In this document: in pieces, positions 1 through 13,641 of the stretch
Layout: each line of letters starts with the position of its first letter
How positions within the stretch are numbered: position 1 is the stretch's first letter
Origin: Botryllus schlosseri
Lineage: Eukaryota
DNA: 64,000 nucleotides
Direction of reading: 5' to 3'
Assembly: GCA_051294905.1 (NCBI GenBank)
Contig: CM119371.1
Location: 28,274,001-28,338,000 of the forward strand
Position numbers and translations under genes: made by a program
Notes under the pieces: model-generated
Told to the model about the DNA's origin: nothing
The model's database searches: none
What the model saw: only the letters and a program-made list of their open reading frames with translations

Positions 1-271
1 TTAAAAGGCGAAGCGATTTTCAAACAAGCATAGTGTAATTTTGACGTTCATAACATGGTACTTTCACAACAACATAATCCAAAATCATTAAGGAGGCGCA
101 TGTTTTGCCCCTCCCCCTATCCATGCATGTAGATTGCAGAATTAACTCATTCCTATATGTACGTTATGTTGGTTTATTATGCAGTGACTTGTCCATGTCT
201 TTGACCGTCTGGATAAACATGAATACGTATTGAAATTTGCGGATAATTGCAACTACTTAGATGTCTTAGAC

Positions 272-1236
272 CAAGGGGCTAGCCAGTAACCCGCGGGCCA
301 ATGTGGCCCGGGTAAAGGTTTTGAGTGGCCCGCGATTTTTTCTCAGATCGTACTGGCTACTTGATAAAATGACTTCCTTTAACCCTACACACTAAATTGG
401 GCTCAATTCCAACCAGTAGCAGCATTGCTACAGGAGAAGAAAGTTTCAAAGGTTTAGAAATTACTTTTATTAATGAAAAAATAAATCACCCATGTAATTT
501 ATTGCGAACTTGCAAGGACGAAGAAAGTTTGATTAGCCTGACTGCGAAATTCGTGAACTTGATGACTAAAATCTCAGCCCCGACGAATTTGCATGGCAAA
601 GAACCAGCCACATTTTTAGTATATCTTTGTATATGACCATAGAATAGAATATCTCGTGATAGATTTATTTGACTTGATATTTTTCTTAGCACTTCGCGCG
701 ATTTATTGTCACTAGAATTATTGCTTTTAGTATTGGTGCCTCCTCCAGAAAATTAGGAATTGAAAATTGAGTCGAATTATATTCGTAGTTCTAAGAGAAC
801 GTGTCGTCCAGCATGTGAATTCACGTCTGCACTCAAAGAAACATAGTAGGCGATGAAACCTCTGCACAAAATGATGGACGCATGTTCACCGAAATCTTCG
901 ATACTGATATGTCCAAGCGCCGAATAATCCTGTCGTTGCGAAATGAGCCCAGCGGTATATAGAGGCGAGCATCAATATATGCAAATAACATTGTTATTGA
1001 CAGAATTCATTCATTACCCATGAGAAGATTTCGCGCTTTGCGTGGCTAAGACTTTAATGCACACTGAGTTTCCAAGACATAATTGTTATCGATTTTGATG
1101 CCTAGTAATGTAAGTCGCATTGTTACCGTTACTTAATCCCATCGGACGACTAAAAAGGTTATCAACATTTAAGAGGTTCTGGCAATGACTCGTAAATCTC
1201 ATGTGGCCCATGGGCCGAAAAGGTTGGCCACGCCTC
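272..1236. mobile_element. Non-autonomous hAT-type DNA transposon
   Basis: Degenerate TIRs with subterminal ggccc motifs; perfect 8-bp TSD tcttagac (264-271 and 1237-1244). Confidence 0.8.
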
Positions 1237-2816
1237 TCTTAGACCGTCATGTTCGATAGATCGGAAATAGTGCTTCGACGCCCTGTCTGCCAAGTCTGTG
1301 TGTGATATCTTCGAAGTATCGTCATTAATCAATGCAAGTTCGGGGCCTTTGTTGCATGTTAGTCAAGATGACGAGACATAGACGAATGTATCTTATTATC
1401 ATGTAAATTCTTATAGAGCTTGAGTCGACAAGTAACCGTCATTAACCAATATTATTTCAGCTCATCCTTTTGAGTGCCCATGAACTATTTGAGATCGTAT
1501 GATCAATATTTTAGTATTTTGTTGACTGTGAATAGCTAATCCTGCCACAATGCGTTTCCACAACAATCGCGAAGTGATGTAGGAAATGAATCATTTTAGA
1601 ATTCAAAGCTGGCGTGGTGTTATATTTCTAGAAGAAAATCGCGAGTAATGAAATTTTGTGTTGAACCTATCTTTTCAACGCGGCCACTATGTTGCGCAGA
1701 GTTAGGCCTATATGAAGTATCAATGCAATGAGGTTTGGACAAATATGTCAGTATTATCTTGCAATCCTGTTATTGCTCGAACACATTGACCGTGTAAAAC
1801 CTTCATCCAAAGTCCCTAGTCGTTATTCCAGCCGTCCCCATTAATTTTCACTGGACTCATTCATATAAATAACCTAATTCCTAATATAATGATTACCCAA
1901 TGAACTCGAACTATTATTGAATATATAATGGAGTAATATTAGGAGCATTGATTGTACATTACTGTTGGAAATTCACCTATTGAGTATTTTCCTATGTAAA
2001 AGTCTGTACTATTTCTTAGCTTTTTTACGAACTATGTCAACACATTACCGGTCGAGGCTGTCCCGTGCTTGTAAATTTCCGGAGAGTACCAAATGAGCTT
2101 CTACCTCTACTCTCGAACTTTATCTGCCTATGAAACCATCAACATTTCCAGTCCTATCAATCAAACTCATATTTCCATATCTGTCCTTACCTTAATCTGT
2201 GAAATTGCAATTTTACAACGCAATTTTTTTATGTGATTGCTCATTTTCCCATGCCATATATAATTCCAATATCTGTCTTGTAGTATCTGTTGAATAGACT
2301 TTGACAATATCAAATTACTTTTACTTTTTCCGAGTATTCAAGTAGATTTTGATTCACTTGTACTACTTATTCAAGTTATTTTGTTTTTAAAACTATTCCA
2401 CTTCTGAAGTTTTCTTGGCAAGACTAGTTACGTTTTACACTTTCGCTTTTGTTAAGCTGAAAGTATATTGAGTCATGCTTGCATTCATTTGACGAGTGAA
2501 TTTCTCATGACATTTGGTCGAAAGAGTCTCTGTAGCTGCAGATATTTCCGAAATTTGCGCATGTTTGTAATATCATTGGTCACTTTGCGTTAGTCGCGAA
2601 GATGCATCTTACAATTTCGAAAGTGTCCTCTTCCGAATAACTGTTAGATGTTTTGAAAGTACTGTATTGAGTATCGTCTTCATTTTCTACTTCCACTTTA
2701 GTTTTGATATACTTTTAAGTTTGCCACGTCTATTTGGAATTTGGTAGAAATTACCAGCGATACTTCTACTTCTAGTTGCGTAGCAACGCTGACTATTTTG
2801 ACCTGATCGGTTAGTG

Positions 2817-3190
2817 CAGTGACTCCCCCCCCCCCCCATTTATCAAGCTCGACACATATTTCGTCCCCCCACCCCACCCCCAATATTTACGGATCCTAAA
2901 AAGACGACATCTAAACTGGGAATTCATTGACTCAACTCTGATCGCTAGGGAATTGATTTCAAAAGGTACTTTTTCGAGTAGGTGCTAGGAAAATCAGCTT
3001 TCTCGTTTACGCTTTTTTGCGTCATATGCAGAATATCCCGTCTTAACGTGCACTATTTGCCGTGTTTGTTAAATATATTCCACTGACATTTTCTCCCCCT
3101 ATCGCCCCTAGTCGACACCCTTGGTATTTTCGCCCTTGTTTCTCAAAATCGCTTACTGGGAGGCATTGTCGCCCACGCTGGGAACCACTG
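2817..3190. mobile_element. Short hAT-type MITE
   Basis: cagtgactccc...gggaaccactg termini; perfect TSD ggttagtg. Confidence 0.8.
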
Positions 3191-3389
3191 GGTTAGTGCA
3201 TTACACATACTTCTCCCTTTTCTGTATGCTTCCCCATCTTTTGAGGATACGATATATGTTGGTCCCAATAATGTATTACGTGTATGAAAGAGTTTAATGC
3301 AAAAATGATTCGACGATACAAGGCAAAATTATGAGACTTTACAATTCACATTCGAAGGTAACAAAATTATATCGTTCATTACATCACAG

Positions 3390-3694
3390 TCGGTGATCAG
3401 ACAAGGAAACAGGAGAATCTTTTCCGGTCCATTATTTCTCAACTTGGAAAGACTCAGTGGAGCGACGTTCGCATGGAATTATACACCGTGATTTATGAAT
3501 CAAACAACGAGAATCTAATGAAACAACTTTCCGAGATCAATGTATCAAACATCAAATTGAACCGGGGTGAAGTACACGTTGTTGGTTCACTGATTGCCAG
3601 GAGCAGGCGTCTCCGTTCTTCGAGTTTATCGAGCTGCCACATAAATGCAGACGACATGCATATATTTGGAAAATACCTGGAGGCCCGAATTCAG
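3390..3694 (+). CDS. NLR-like gene A, post-NACHT (HD2/first LRR) exon; the NACHT exon would lie upstream of the window
   Basis: Acceptor catcacag| and donor |gtgagt, phase 1 to 0. The translation GDQTRKQENLFRSIISQLG...ELYTVIYESNNENLMKQL...LSSC...ARIQ aligns almost without gaps to the exon at 51067-51368 that follows the NACHT exon. Confidence 0.8.
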
Positions 3695-5481
3695 GTGAGT
3701 TGACGACAAACGAGTATCAGAGTAAAATAATTTTTCTCGTGAAAACTGGTATGCACTAGTAACCCTTTCTCAAAACGATAGTAGGAGAGTGTTCTGGTAT
3801 CTACCTATTTTGTAGTTGCCACAGATTGTCGCTAGGGTTGTTTAAAAATTTTTTTCAAATTTCACTCGCTCAGTGATACAATTGCCAGGTGGCCTAAGAA
3901 AACGCTATACACCAAACTTCAGTCAATTCCGACCAGTAAAGGCCGTGCAATCTTGAATTGAAGTTTCTAATTGAATTTTTTGAATTTATAACTTATCAGC
4001 CCTATCTGTGACAACAAATCTAACCGCCGACGCCGACCGTGTAGCTATAGCCTTATAATATAATATAATGGTTATGGTGTATTTAGTGTAACCACATTGG
4101 CTACGATTGTCAGTTGTTTCTTGTCCCCCACTATGTACTATACCGAAATTAGTACAGTGGGTCAACCAGTTCCCCATAACCTACCACTGTTTCGATAACG
4201 AGGTTGAGTCAGGTCAAATCGCAACGAAAATGATATCACAGTGATATTCGGTTCCACGTATACATTGGCTGCTGTGGTTTGGAAGCTAACAAATTCTGCC
4301 AATAGCCTGGTAAAAGGCAGCAACGAGTAACTGTCAGTAATCTTGCGAAGAAATTCTGGTAACTTGACTTTGTAGGTAAATTAGGTTATCATTACATATC
4401 TAAATGTAAAATAACAAACTACTCGCAGGTATTGCAGCAACCAGTAATTCGTTGCAAAGTTTACAAAAATTTATTTGTAAATCTACCAGATTTATTACAG
4501 TGTAGAAACGTTTTACCCTATACTAAGCTGTGATCTGATAGGTAACGTATTATATGTCGATTTGTTATTTCAAGATAACGAATATAGCCACGACAAATTC
4601 CCTACTCATTCCGTCCACAGTCGAGCAATAGGTTAAATCATTGCTGCACACTTCAAATTTAGCTCTTCTCGAAGACCGTATCACCGACGACTGTTTAGGT
4701 TCATACTAAACGGAATTTACAAATAACCAAAAGGGCAATTGGGAAATGTTCATGTAGTTCTTGTGGTACTGCATTCACAAACATGCAAATGATGCTTTGC
4801 ATTGCTGTAAGAAAGATGCATTGATTTGATCAGGAATTTAATAATCTCTAATTTTGTTGTGACATTGTATATTGGAACCCTGCACTTTTAGCAAGAACAG
4901 TGTGTATTTCGACCCGTGTACCACTTCTGATATAGGGGTGTGCTTGTAGGAACGTAGGAAGGATGGGATACAAGCAAGTAGGGTTTATGAACGCGATATA
5001 ATTCTGAATTAGGCTCTGTCTTCGTGCACCATCCTTTGCGACTCTGTGGGTGTAATAGATACGCTATTGTTAAGAGTGCCGCTACTGATCCATGCTATTT
5101 CAAGGGCCTAGACTTCACTACAACAGACGGACATCACCTGAAATTAACGATCAGAGGTGATGTCATCAATATAAGTGGCGATGGTATTTTGGGACATTTC
5201 ACCTGTAAGGTGAGCAAGCAGAATATTTTCATAGAAGCTTTTCCGATCGGACGTACGAAAATCTCGTATATCCGCCCTAAATAGTAGACATGTTTCTGCA
5301 TGTTGCTTTATATGATTTAAAATAGTCTTTGCGCAAGACTCGGACCAAGTCATATGACTCAAAACGGGGTCTACCAAGATAGCCATTTCATTGTAATTTC
5401 AAAGAATAGTAGAGTTCTTGCACTATTATTTTTCGTCTATCAGTACTGGTACTTGATAAAGCTACCAGAAACTGTCTAAAG

Positions 5482-6306
5482 CAGGAGTGGGCAAACTACG
5501 GCCCGCGGGCCGCATGCGACCCGCGAGAGTCTAAACAAACTAATTAAAAATATTGATAAAATGCGTACTAAAAATCGGAATAATGCAGGGATTGGTTAAA
5601 CTTTTTCTTAGTATATTTCACCATAATATAATAAGACAGTGGTTGTTAAACAGAAGGGCGCACCCTCCTTGGAGGTCGTGAAAGCATCTGAAGGGGGTGC
5701 GAAGCTGAGCTCAACTGAATTTTTTTTAGCGCTCCGCGCGATTTACATACAATTCTAAGGTATATACCTCCTATAATACTTTTATATTCAATTTCTGGCA
5801 CGACAGCGCGATCTCAAGGCCCACACAGCTTGAAAGGTTTCAACTGCTAAACATCACAGAAGTCCTAAACGAGACAAAACGAAACAATTAGGGTATTTAT
5901 ATTTTATCTACAAATAGTGGAAGCGTGATTGAAGCTGACATGGTTATGATGCTATCAGCATTGTGTGTCCTGGAACTGTACCAAAAGTGGAATTGGTAAA
6001 TCTATGAACAGATCGCTGCTCACAGATTTAAATTTCAATCCTGTTCTAAGAATAGGGACAAACGACTTTCATCTCTTTAGTTTTGACAAATGGGTTTTTG
6101 AGGCCACTGTTTTTCGCGCTTGTACGATATCATCAGAGTAATGCTTGGTTTGTTTTAAATAAGCATAGCGTGCAAACATGTCATCACTATATAATCTAAT
6201 ACCAATATTGCATTTTTGTGTATAATCCCAATTTTATAAAGTGCGGCCCGCGAATGGATTCAGATGTTGAATGCGGCCCGCGAGCTCGAAGGTTTGCCCA
6301 CCCCTG
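5482..6306. mobile_element. hAT-type MITE (same family as 51423-53539)
   Basis: caggagtgggcaaac...gtttgcccacccctg TIRs, gcggcccg subterminal motifs, perfect TSD gtctaaag. Confidence 0.9.
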
Positions 6307-6387
6307 GTCTAAAGTGAAGAAAATTAGTATATTATGAACGCGAAGTATTCGATATCACTCAGCAGAGTGGTGAAAGGCGGTTTCACA

Positions 6388-7722
6388 CAGAGGTGGTCAA
6401 AGTAGTCAAGAAAGCTACTCAAGTAGAAGTAGAAGTAGCGACGAAAAAATGTTCTCAAGTAAGAGTAGAAGTACTTCTTCCATAAGCAACCTAAAACTAC
6501 TTGAAGTAGAAGTAGAATTTACTGACTTTAAAAGTACTCAAGTAAGTAAGTAGTTGTGAAAACGATCCTAATTCGTTCACATGGATTGTAAAAAGGTGCA
6601 AATTGAGCTATGCGAAAGGTGACGAGCTTGATTCATATTGATGTATACCAGCAGGTATCCAATTTTCGATAGCATAAGCATTCGTTCACATCATAGGATG
6701 AAAATGATAGTATTATTATGGAAATGCGATACTTAATGTCTGTTTTCTCGAACAGCACTTTTTAGAAAATAGCATGGTATGACGCCATCCCCCATATTAT
6801 ATGATCCGTAGTTTAGTCCAAGAGCAATACGGAGAAGTTGTATAGGATACGGAGTTAACACTTTGCGCGATTAGTAAAACGTTAATAAAAATATGGGGGA
6901 CCGTAAAAATGCCATATTGTGTAGCTTTATTTCCATAAATTAAAGGCATTACTATACACTTGCTTTCATACTTCAACATGTATTTTATCTAGACAAAAGA
7001 ACTGATATTAATTATAACTCAAAGTATATGATACTGGGAATTGAAAATAAAACATAAATACTACTTCTAAAAGCAGAACACATTTGTCATGCCTTCAGTC
7101 CAGAAAATTTCAAAGGCAGTATGCTAAAACAGCACTAAAACTAACAAAAAAGTCAGAGTTCACTTTTCTTGGTTAGGACGTGCCATGGACATGCTAGATT
7201 ACGATATGACAAGTAAATAATAGATTGCGAAACATCAGTTTCAAACGATATGATGAGCCATGTATACTGTGATGAATTATTTCATATGGGCGATGGGCGA
7301 CAATGTGATGTGAACGCAAGGATATCTAGTTCTAGATATCCCTGTGTGAACGGAATCATGCCAACCTGCTACCTAAATTATATTCATCGATACTTTCGTG
7401 AAACCATACTGGTAACTCCATATCCACTGCGCGCGAAGAGCGACGGAAATTCTGGTCTTTACTTAACTTTTATGAAAATTATATGTTGATGCTCCGTGAA
7501 AACAGCCCCGAAATTCCTCAGGCTATCTTCCTGAATGAAAGATTGAACTACTTCTACTTGACAAACTTAAAATAGCGAAAAGTAAGTAGGTAGATCACAA
7601 AATCTTACGAAGTAGAAGTAGAAGTAGCGAAAATCAGATCTACTTGAGTAAGTACCAGAAGTAGAGGATAACTACTTGAGTACTTCGAAAAAGTAGAAGT
7701 ACTTCGTTACTGACCACCTCTG
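6388..7722 (+). mobile_element. hAT-type element with AAGTAG subterminal repeats
   Basis: TIR cagaggtggtca/tgaccacctctg; TSD gtttcaca/gattcaca (7/8); full-length inverted relative at 43057-44315. Confidence 0.88.
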
Positions 7723-9526
7723 GATTCACATGACATTAACTCGGAACGGTCAACACAACGACTTGGTTTCGGACACGAGTCAGAATACTACGACTTGGAC
7801 TCGACACTCTACTCCGTGATTTGGACTCGGACTTGACTAAGCGGTGAATTGAAGTTTTTGAGGCTTAGTCATATTTGTTAAATGTATGAATGCCAGCATT
7901 CCTAACAATTGTGGAGGGGCTTTGCAGTCATATTCAGTAGAAGTGTATGCGATACTCTCGTTTCTGTAGTTGATTGACACGAGCAGTTTGACTCACGGTG
8001 ATGTTGTTGTCAGTCATCAATTAGGTGGACTGCGATAGATCATAGTCAATTACCAAACAAATTGACATTTCATCGTCAGTCAAATCTCAGAATTACAAGA
8101 CATATTGACGATTAGGAAGTGGTCAATCAAACCCGCACTTAGATACCGTTCCCGGAAATGATCATCGGAAATGACCTTGCCTTGTCTGGCCAACGACGCG
8201 ACATGGACAGGGAATCTCTCAATTCGATATCTGAAAACCATTACAAAATCTTTTATTCAAATCTGAAGCTAGACCTACCACCAATCCCACCGTGATCCCA
8301 ATTCGGAAACTTTCAAAAACCAAAGAAATAAGTTTTCATGCTACAAGTGGCATGGTGCAAAAATCTTTTGTTGTGGTAAGCTCGACCAAGTGATTGTATG
8401 GCAAATGATAATAATAATAATAATTGGTTTATACACCTTACGGATAGATAAACTAATCCAAAGTTAACGATATACGTGCATCAGAGATGGCTTGTAAAGT
8501 ACGACCTAATAATAATAAACTATCCGGCTTTCAGATCATATACGCTAGCTTACATCCGAAAATGGACAATCCTTTCTACCTAATTTAGTAACTGCAACGC
8601 AAATCGATTTAAAATGATATGATCTCACTTTTACAGGAAAGAATACTCGTATTCGAATGGTTTCAAGATTTTCACCGAATGCACATCGCTAAGTTTTTCA
8701 ATAGACTATTCAAGCCAGAAACCATCAAAATCAATGTTAGGTGTGATGATTTGCACACGATAGCAAAGACAATGCGCCAGGTGATTTCTGGACTCTACGT
8801 GTAAATTTATTTGTTCGTGATCGCAGTTTAATTAATCACGTATACATAGCATATGTAACTGGATATAAACTTGCAACTAGTCTCGAAAGCATGAAGTCGC
8901 CGGTTAGCTGCATGTCACCAAGATTTAATTCTGGACTTTCGTAAGACTTTTATTGCAATGCGGGTTTGAATGAGCTCTGGCCATTGCAAGAGTTGCACAT
9001 GGTTAGAAGTAAATTTAGGTTTTGTATTTGAACTTGGATTTGAACATTAAATTCAGAAGGATTTTGATTTGACGGACCATCCCTGCTAAATGATAATTGA
9101 TAGCTTTGGCATTGCCAATCTGCTTCGGAATGGGCAGAATAAGTGACCCACGACCTGAATTCTACAAATTGCAATATACAGATTCATTGGGCACAAGACA
9201 CCAATGTGTTGAGCTTACCGTAATATTGTTTTGAACAATCTCCGATACTTCCAAAACTTGAAGCACGTGTTACCCATTTGCTGCGACAAAAGCAATTGTT
9301 CATTGTGCTAGATAACGAATCCGAAAATGACAAATTAGGCAGTGGTTCGCAAACTGGGGGCATGAACGTATATCTGAAGGGGGCGCGAAGCCGCCTGAGA
9401 GAAATGATGTTTCTCGAACTCGGAATGAGTTTAATTTGTGCTGAAACTTCAAAGTTCTAACTTCGGGAATAATCCTAACTATATCACGGTTTAAATGCCA
9501 TAGTTGCGTCGTACCATACACACATC

Positions 9527-10127
9527 CAGGACCACAACTGCCGCACCTCAAACCTCCTAATTGGTGGGACCGAGCTCGGAGGGAGCCCATAGTTATTTCA
9601 TGTATTACAATAGATTATAAAGTATTTATTTAAAAAGGTATGCAACTTTTTCAACATTTAATATTGCCAATTATCATGAGTATGTGCTACCCTTATTGGA
9701 TAAATTTATAGAAACGGGCATTTTGGCGTTGGCCATTACCGCACCACGACACACCAAGCCGTATAAAGTTCAAAGTGACTCAGTCAAATGCACCATATAA
9801 CATGCGACTCCGAGAAGTATGCCTAATCGATTGCCAGCGAGAAAACCTTGGCCGAAAAATAATGCCCGCATACTTGCCAAAACATCGATATATATACATC
9901 AAATATGGCTGGCAGTGAATGTTCATGTCCTAACAATCGGAACCCCAAAAGACAAATGACATCCCCCAGGAAAAAAATATTTTTCAGTGAAGAAATTCCC
10001 ATTTAATATCGAGTGCGTCTTTAATGTTAGTACGTTTGGGCGATTTTAATATCTTTAATATCCTTTGACATAGTTATCAGGTCACGAAATAACATCATGT
10101 AACTAACTCATTATACCAACGGGTCCG
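9527..10127 (+). mobile_element. 5' half of the 52038-52976 hAT family
   Basis: Collinear similarity to 52038-52615, from caggaccacaactgcc to ataccaacgggtccgc. Confidence 0.75.
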
Positions 10128-12256
10128 CAGTAAGCTGTTAAATTAGGGGGGACCGGAGACAATTGTAACACTTTTATATTTTCTAACATCTCATGTTTTT
10201 CTCATGTAAACTTCATTTCCAAAGTTTTATATAAAGAAGCTAGTTCATATGAAAACTAAAATGGTACTCAATCAACAATCAATCACGGAAATTTTGTGTC
10301 GCGGAAATGGGAGACATTCACATCTATGGTCAACCATTAGAGGCGCGCAATTCCAGTCCTTCATTCTTAACTGAGGTATATATCGACTGCTTTAAATGGA
10401 CGGTGTCTCGATGTTGTATTGCGTCCTTGCGACGGAGAATGGATGGATGCTGACCAAATTGATGGTCATGTGTGTTGAACACCTCGAAGAGAATTATTTT
10501 GTGCATGGGAAACGCAGTGAGGCCGCAACACGGGTAGCTTCGTGAGATAAGTTGATAGAAGCAGACTAGTTAAAATGAATGAATCTTCGCATGGATCCGA
10601 CAAGATCTCAAGATCGAGGCCCAAGGGGTTTCAAGTCCGAAAATCAGAATGCCATATAAATCGACAGCCATTTGAAAGTGAAGCTGACATATAACTCGAC
10701 CGACAACGCTCTGCTCGAAAGAAACAGTTTGCGAAGTACCGGTACTGAGTTTGCCAAGCTGTTTTTTTATCAGTCTCGAGCCTTGATGAGCTGTGGATCC
10801 TGAACTGGATATTTGAGAGTAGCTGCGAAATGGAGATACTTAAAGGCTGAGGGTCATACCATCTTCTGTGACAATATATGTCCCGGTAGTGATTAATCTT
10901 ATACTCCATTTTGGTGGGGTGTTTGCAGTCCAAGGCTGGAGCCTGGAGGGAGTATGCCTATCGGTATTGATTTTTCAAAGGCTATATAGCTGCTGAAATC
11001 CGATTGGAAAATTTTCGAGGACGATATTATGATGGTAGCTGAAATGTATCTGCCAAAATGTGTGCTATTTCACAACGGTAACTACTGAATATTATGGTGA
11101 TGACGATACAATCTTTCAGTGTGAGCCGTAGTTGAATATTTTGTTGCTGCCTTCATTTCCAAGGATCTGTACAAAGTAATATAAACTGCATTAAGTCTAG
11201 CTTATCCATCATGGCTGATTAAACTGAAGATCGATATGATGAATAATCCGGTTTGTTGCATAGGCCTAGGTTTCGGTTGATTATACCTGTATTGCAAGTG
11301 GTTCATTTTGTATTCGATTGCTTTGCTGCTCCAGATTCGGCTAATTGTCTCGCATCCAACTGCGCCGTACAATAATACGTGTGTTGAAATTTGTGATAGG
11401 TAAATCCCGAATCGCTTGTAATGATCATTGCAAAAATTGTACAGATGTTGCGTTAAAAGTAACTGATCTTGTTCATAAAAATATGCAGAAATGAGTAAAT
11501 TCCTCTGCTATAGGACACTCTGTTTTCCGCAAAGAATTAAGAAATGATTGTGAAATAAGGTCTTGGGAAATTTGTTTCCTAAATCTCAAATTTGAGAGTT
11601 TTGCAAACTTTTTTCCCAAGTTCTGAAAATTTGGTTTCTAATATTTTTCATGCACCATACTATTTGAAATTCGATATGTATCCTTGCAAAGTTCTACATA
11701 ACATATGTTGTTGATATCATTTTTCCGTTATATGCATTATAAGTTATCGAATTCAATGTGCATCCCGTCATGCAGTAGCCTATAGATATTTTTTCCTGAT
11801 ATATGACTGCAATAAACTATTTTTTATAAACATTCTGCCTCTGTGTGTTTGTAGACAGCCAGAGTCAGGGAGCATTACGACAACGTGGCATTTTCCGACC
11901 AGTTAAGTGGAAAATAGAATTTTGGCCTCTTTATTTTCATGTAAAAAGGCTGGGTGTAAGGACTGCAGACTGCGGTGCATTCATCTTAAACCAAATTACT
12001 AATGATAGGATTGCGTCTATACAAATATCAAAGACTACTCCAAGGGCCGAGGCCAATTCTGTCACTCAGTCGTTTTGATACATGCCTGTTGCTTATCTTT
12101 TCATCGTATCGCAGTCTTTTGGTGTATTGATTCAATAGGATTGTGAACAAACCGCGCTGATTGTGATATTGCCGAGACTCGCACTGCGGTCTCTCGAGCA
12201 TTAATCAGCTACGTCAGATAAGAGACGAATTTGAAACTATTCCGGTACTTCACTTT

Positions 12257-12710
12257 ACTTAAATTCGATAAAGTTGATCTTATTTGAAAGCTACTGCCAC
12301 ACTGATTCCGAAAATATACATTAAAATCCAACCAGGGCAATGGAACGCCCTGGAAATACACTTCAAAATCTGAAAATCGGCATTATTCCAAACAATCGCA
12401 GCGACGCAGCACAATGACCATAACAATGGCCCTTGCGTGGTTGCGATTGTTCAGGACAGTGCCGATTTTCAAACTTTGAGGTGTATTTCGAGGGGGTTCC
12501 ATTGTCCTGATTCGATTTTAATGTATATTTTCGGAATCAGTGCGACATTAGCTTTCAAATAAGACCAACTTTATTGAATTTAAGCACGCGGATCGTCAGC
12601 TATAGGATTAGCGATTATGTTGCGTTCAGATTGCTGAGCAGTAATTTCCTCCGGGCAAGCAAGCGTGACGACATGTGTTGCGTATCTATCCGTAGGTTAG
12701 TTATCTATAG
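12257..12710. mobile_element. Palindromic (foldback) MITE, older copy with truncated left arm
   Basis: Self-complementary around ~12415; the right end gcgtatctatccgtaggttagttatctatag matches the neighbouring copy. Confidence 0.8.
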
Positions 12711-12715
12711 TCATA

Positions 12716-13292
12716 CTATAGATTACTAACCTACGGATAGATACGCAGGTCCCGTCGTTACGCTCCGGCAAGCAGTTACACTTGTTGCTGAGCAATCTAA
12801 AAGCTGCATAATTGGTGGTGTTATAGTTCGCGACCCGAGGGCTAAAATTTAATGAAACTGGTCTTAATCGAGAGCTACTGCCGCACTGATTCCAAAAATA
12901 CAAATTAAAATCTTTACGGGGATATGGAACCACCTCAAAACAGCCTACAAAATCCGAAAATCGGCATTGTTCCAACAATGGCACCACCGCAACACGATAA
13001 ACGTAACAATTGCAATTTCACCAATCGATTGTTCAGAACAATGCCGATTTTCATATTTCAAGGGATATATTGACGTGGTTCCCTTTCCCCGACAAGATTT
13101 TAATTTGTATTCTCAGAATCAGTGCGACAGTAGCTCTCAATTAAGACCAGTTTCATTAAATTTCACCTCTCGGGTCACAAGCTATAACACCACCAAATAT
13201 GCTGCTTTTAGATTGCTCAGCAACAAGTGTAACTGCTTGCCGGAGCGTAACGACTGGACCTGCGTATCTATCCGTAGGTTAGTAATCTATAG
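12716..13292. mobile_element. Palindromic (foldback) MITE with ~260-bp arms
   Basis: ctatagattactaacctacggatagatacgcagg... and its reverse complement at the right end; flanked by the direct repeat tcata. Confidence 0.9.
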
Positions 13293-13641
13293 TCATACGC
13301 TAATAATGTTCTTGCTTCAGTCAGACTTGAATATTCGTATCATGATATATTACTGTATGTCTTGATAGTAATGAGTGCATTGGCGGTATTAATAAGACGT
13401 CACATCAGTGTTTTAACGCGGTAGAGGCCTACATCGATCGCATGTTTTGATTTGAAGTGCGTTCTCGTGCCAGTCGTGTGTGTACTGTGTATGAGTATGT
13501 CTACTAGAAATCAATATGTACCATGTACGTACACGGATATATTGTGACGTCACATATGGTCATACAAAATTACGATTCGCCTTCTATAGTACTTGCGGTT
13601 ACAAGCGTCCATTTGTGTCGCTACAAGTGTTTTGACTAGCT

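Noticed and set aside
5024..5386. Overlapping protein-like ORFs with a gtgagc donor at ~5210
   Set aside because: The candidate acceptor is phase 2, incompatible with gene A's phase-0 donor, and no domain is recognisable. It cannot be excluded as a fragment of something else.
12697..13365. Two similar divergent ORFs (96 aa on -, 132 aa on +) resembling a gene pair
   Set aside because: They are mirror translations of the two arms of a palindromic MITE.
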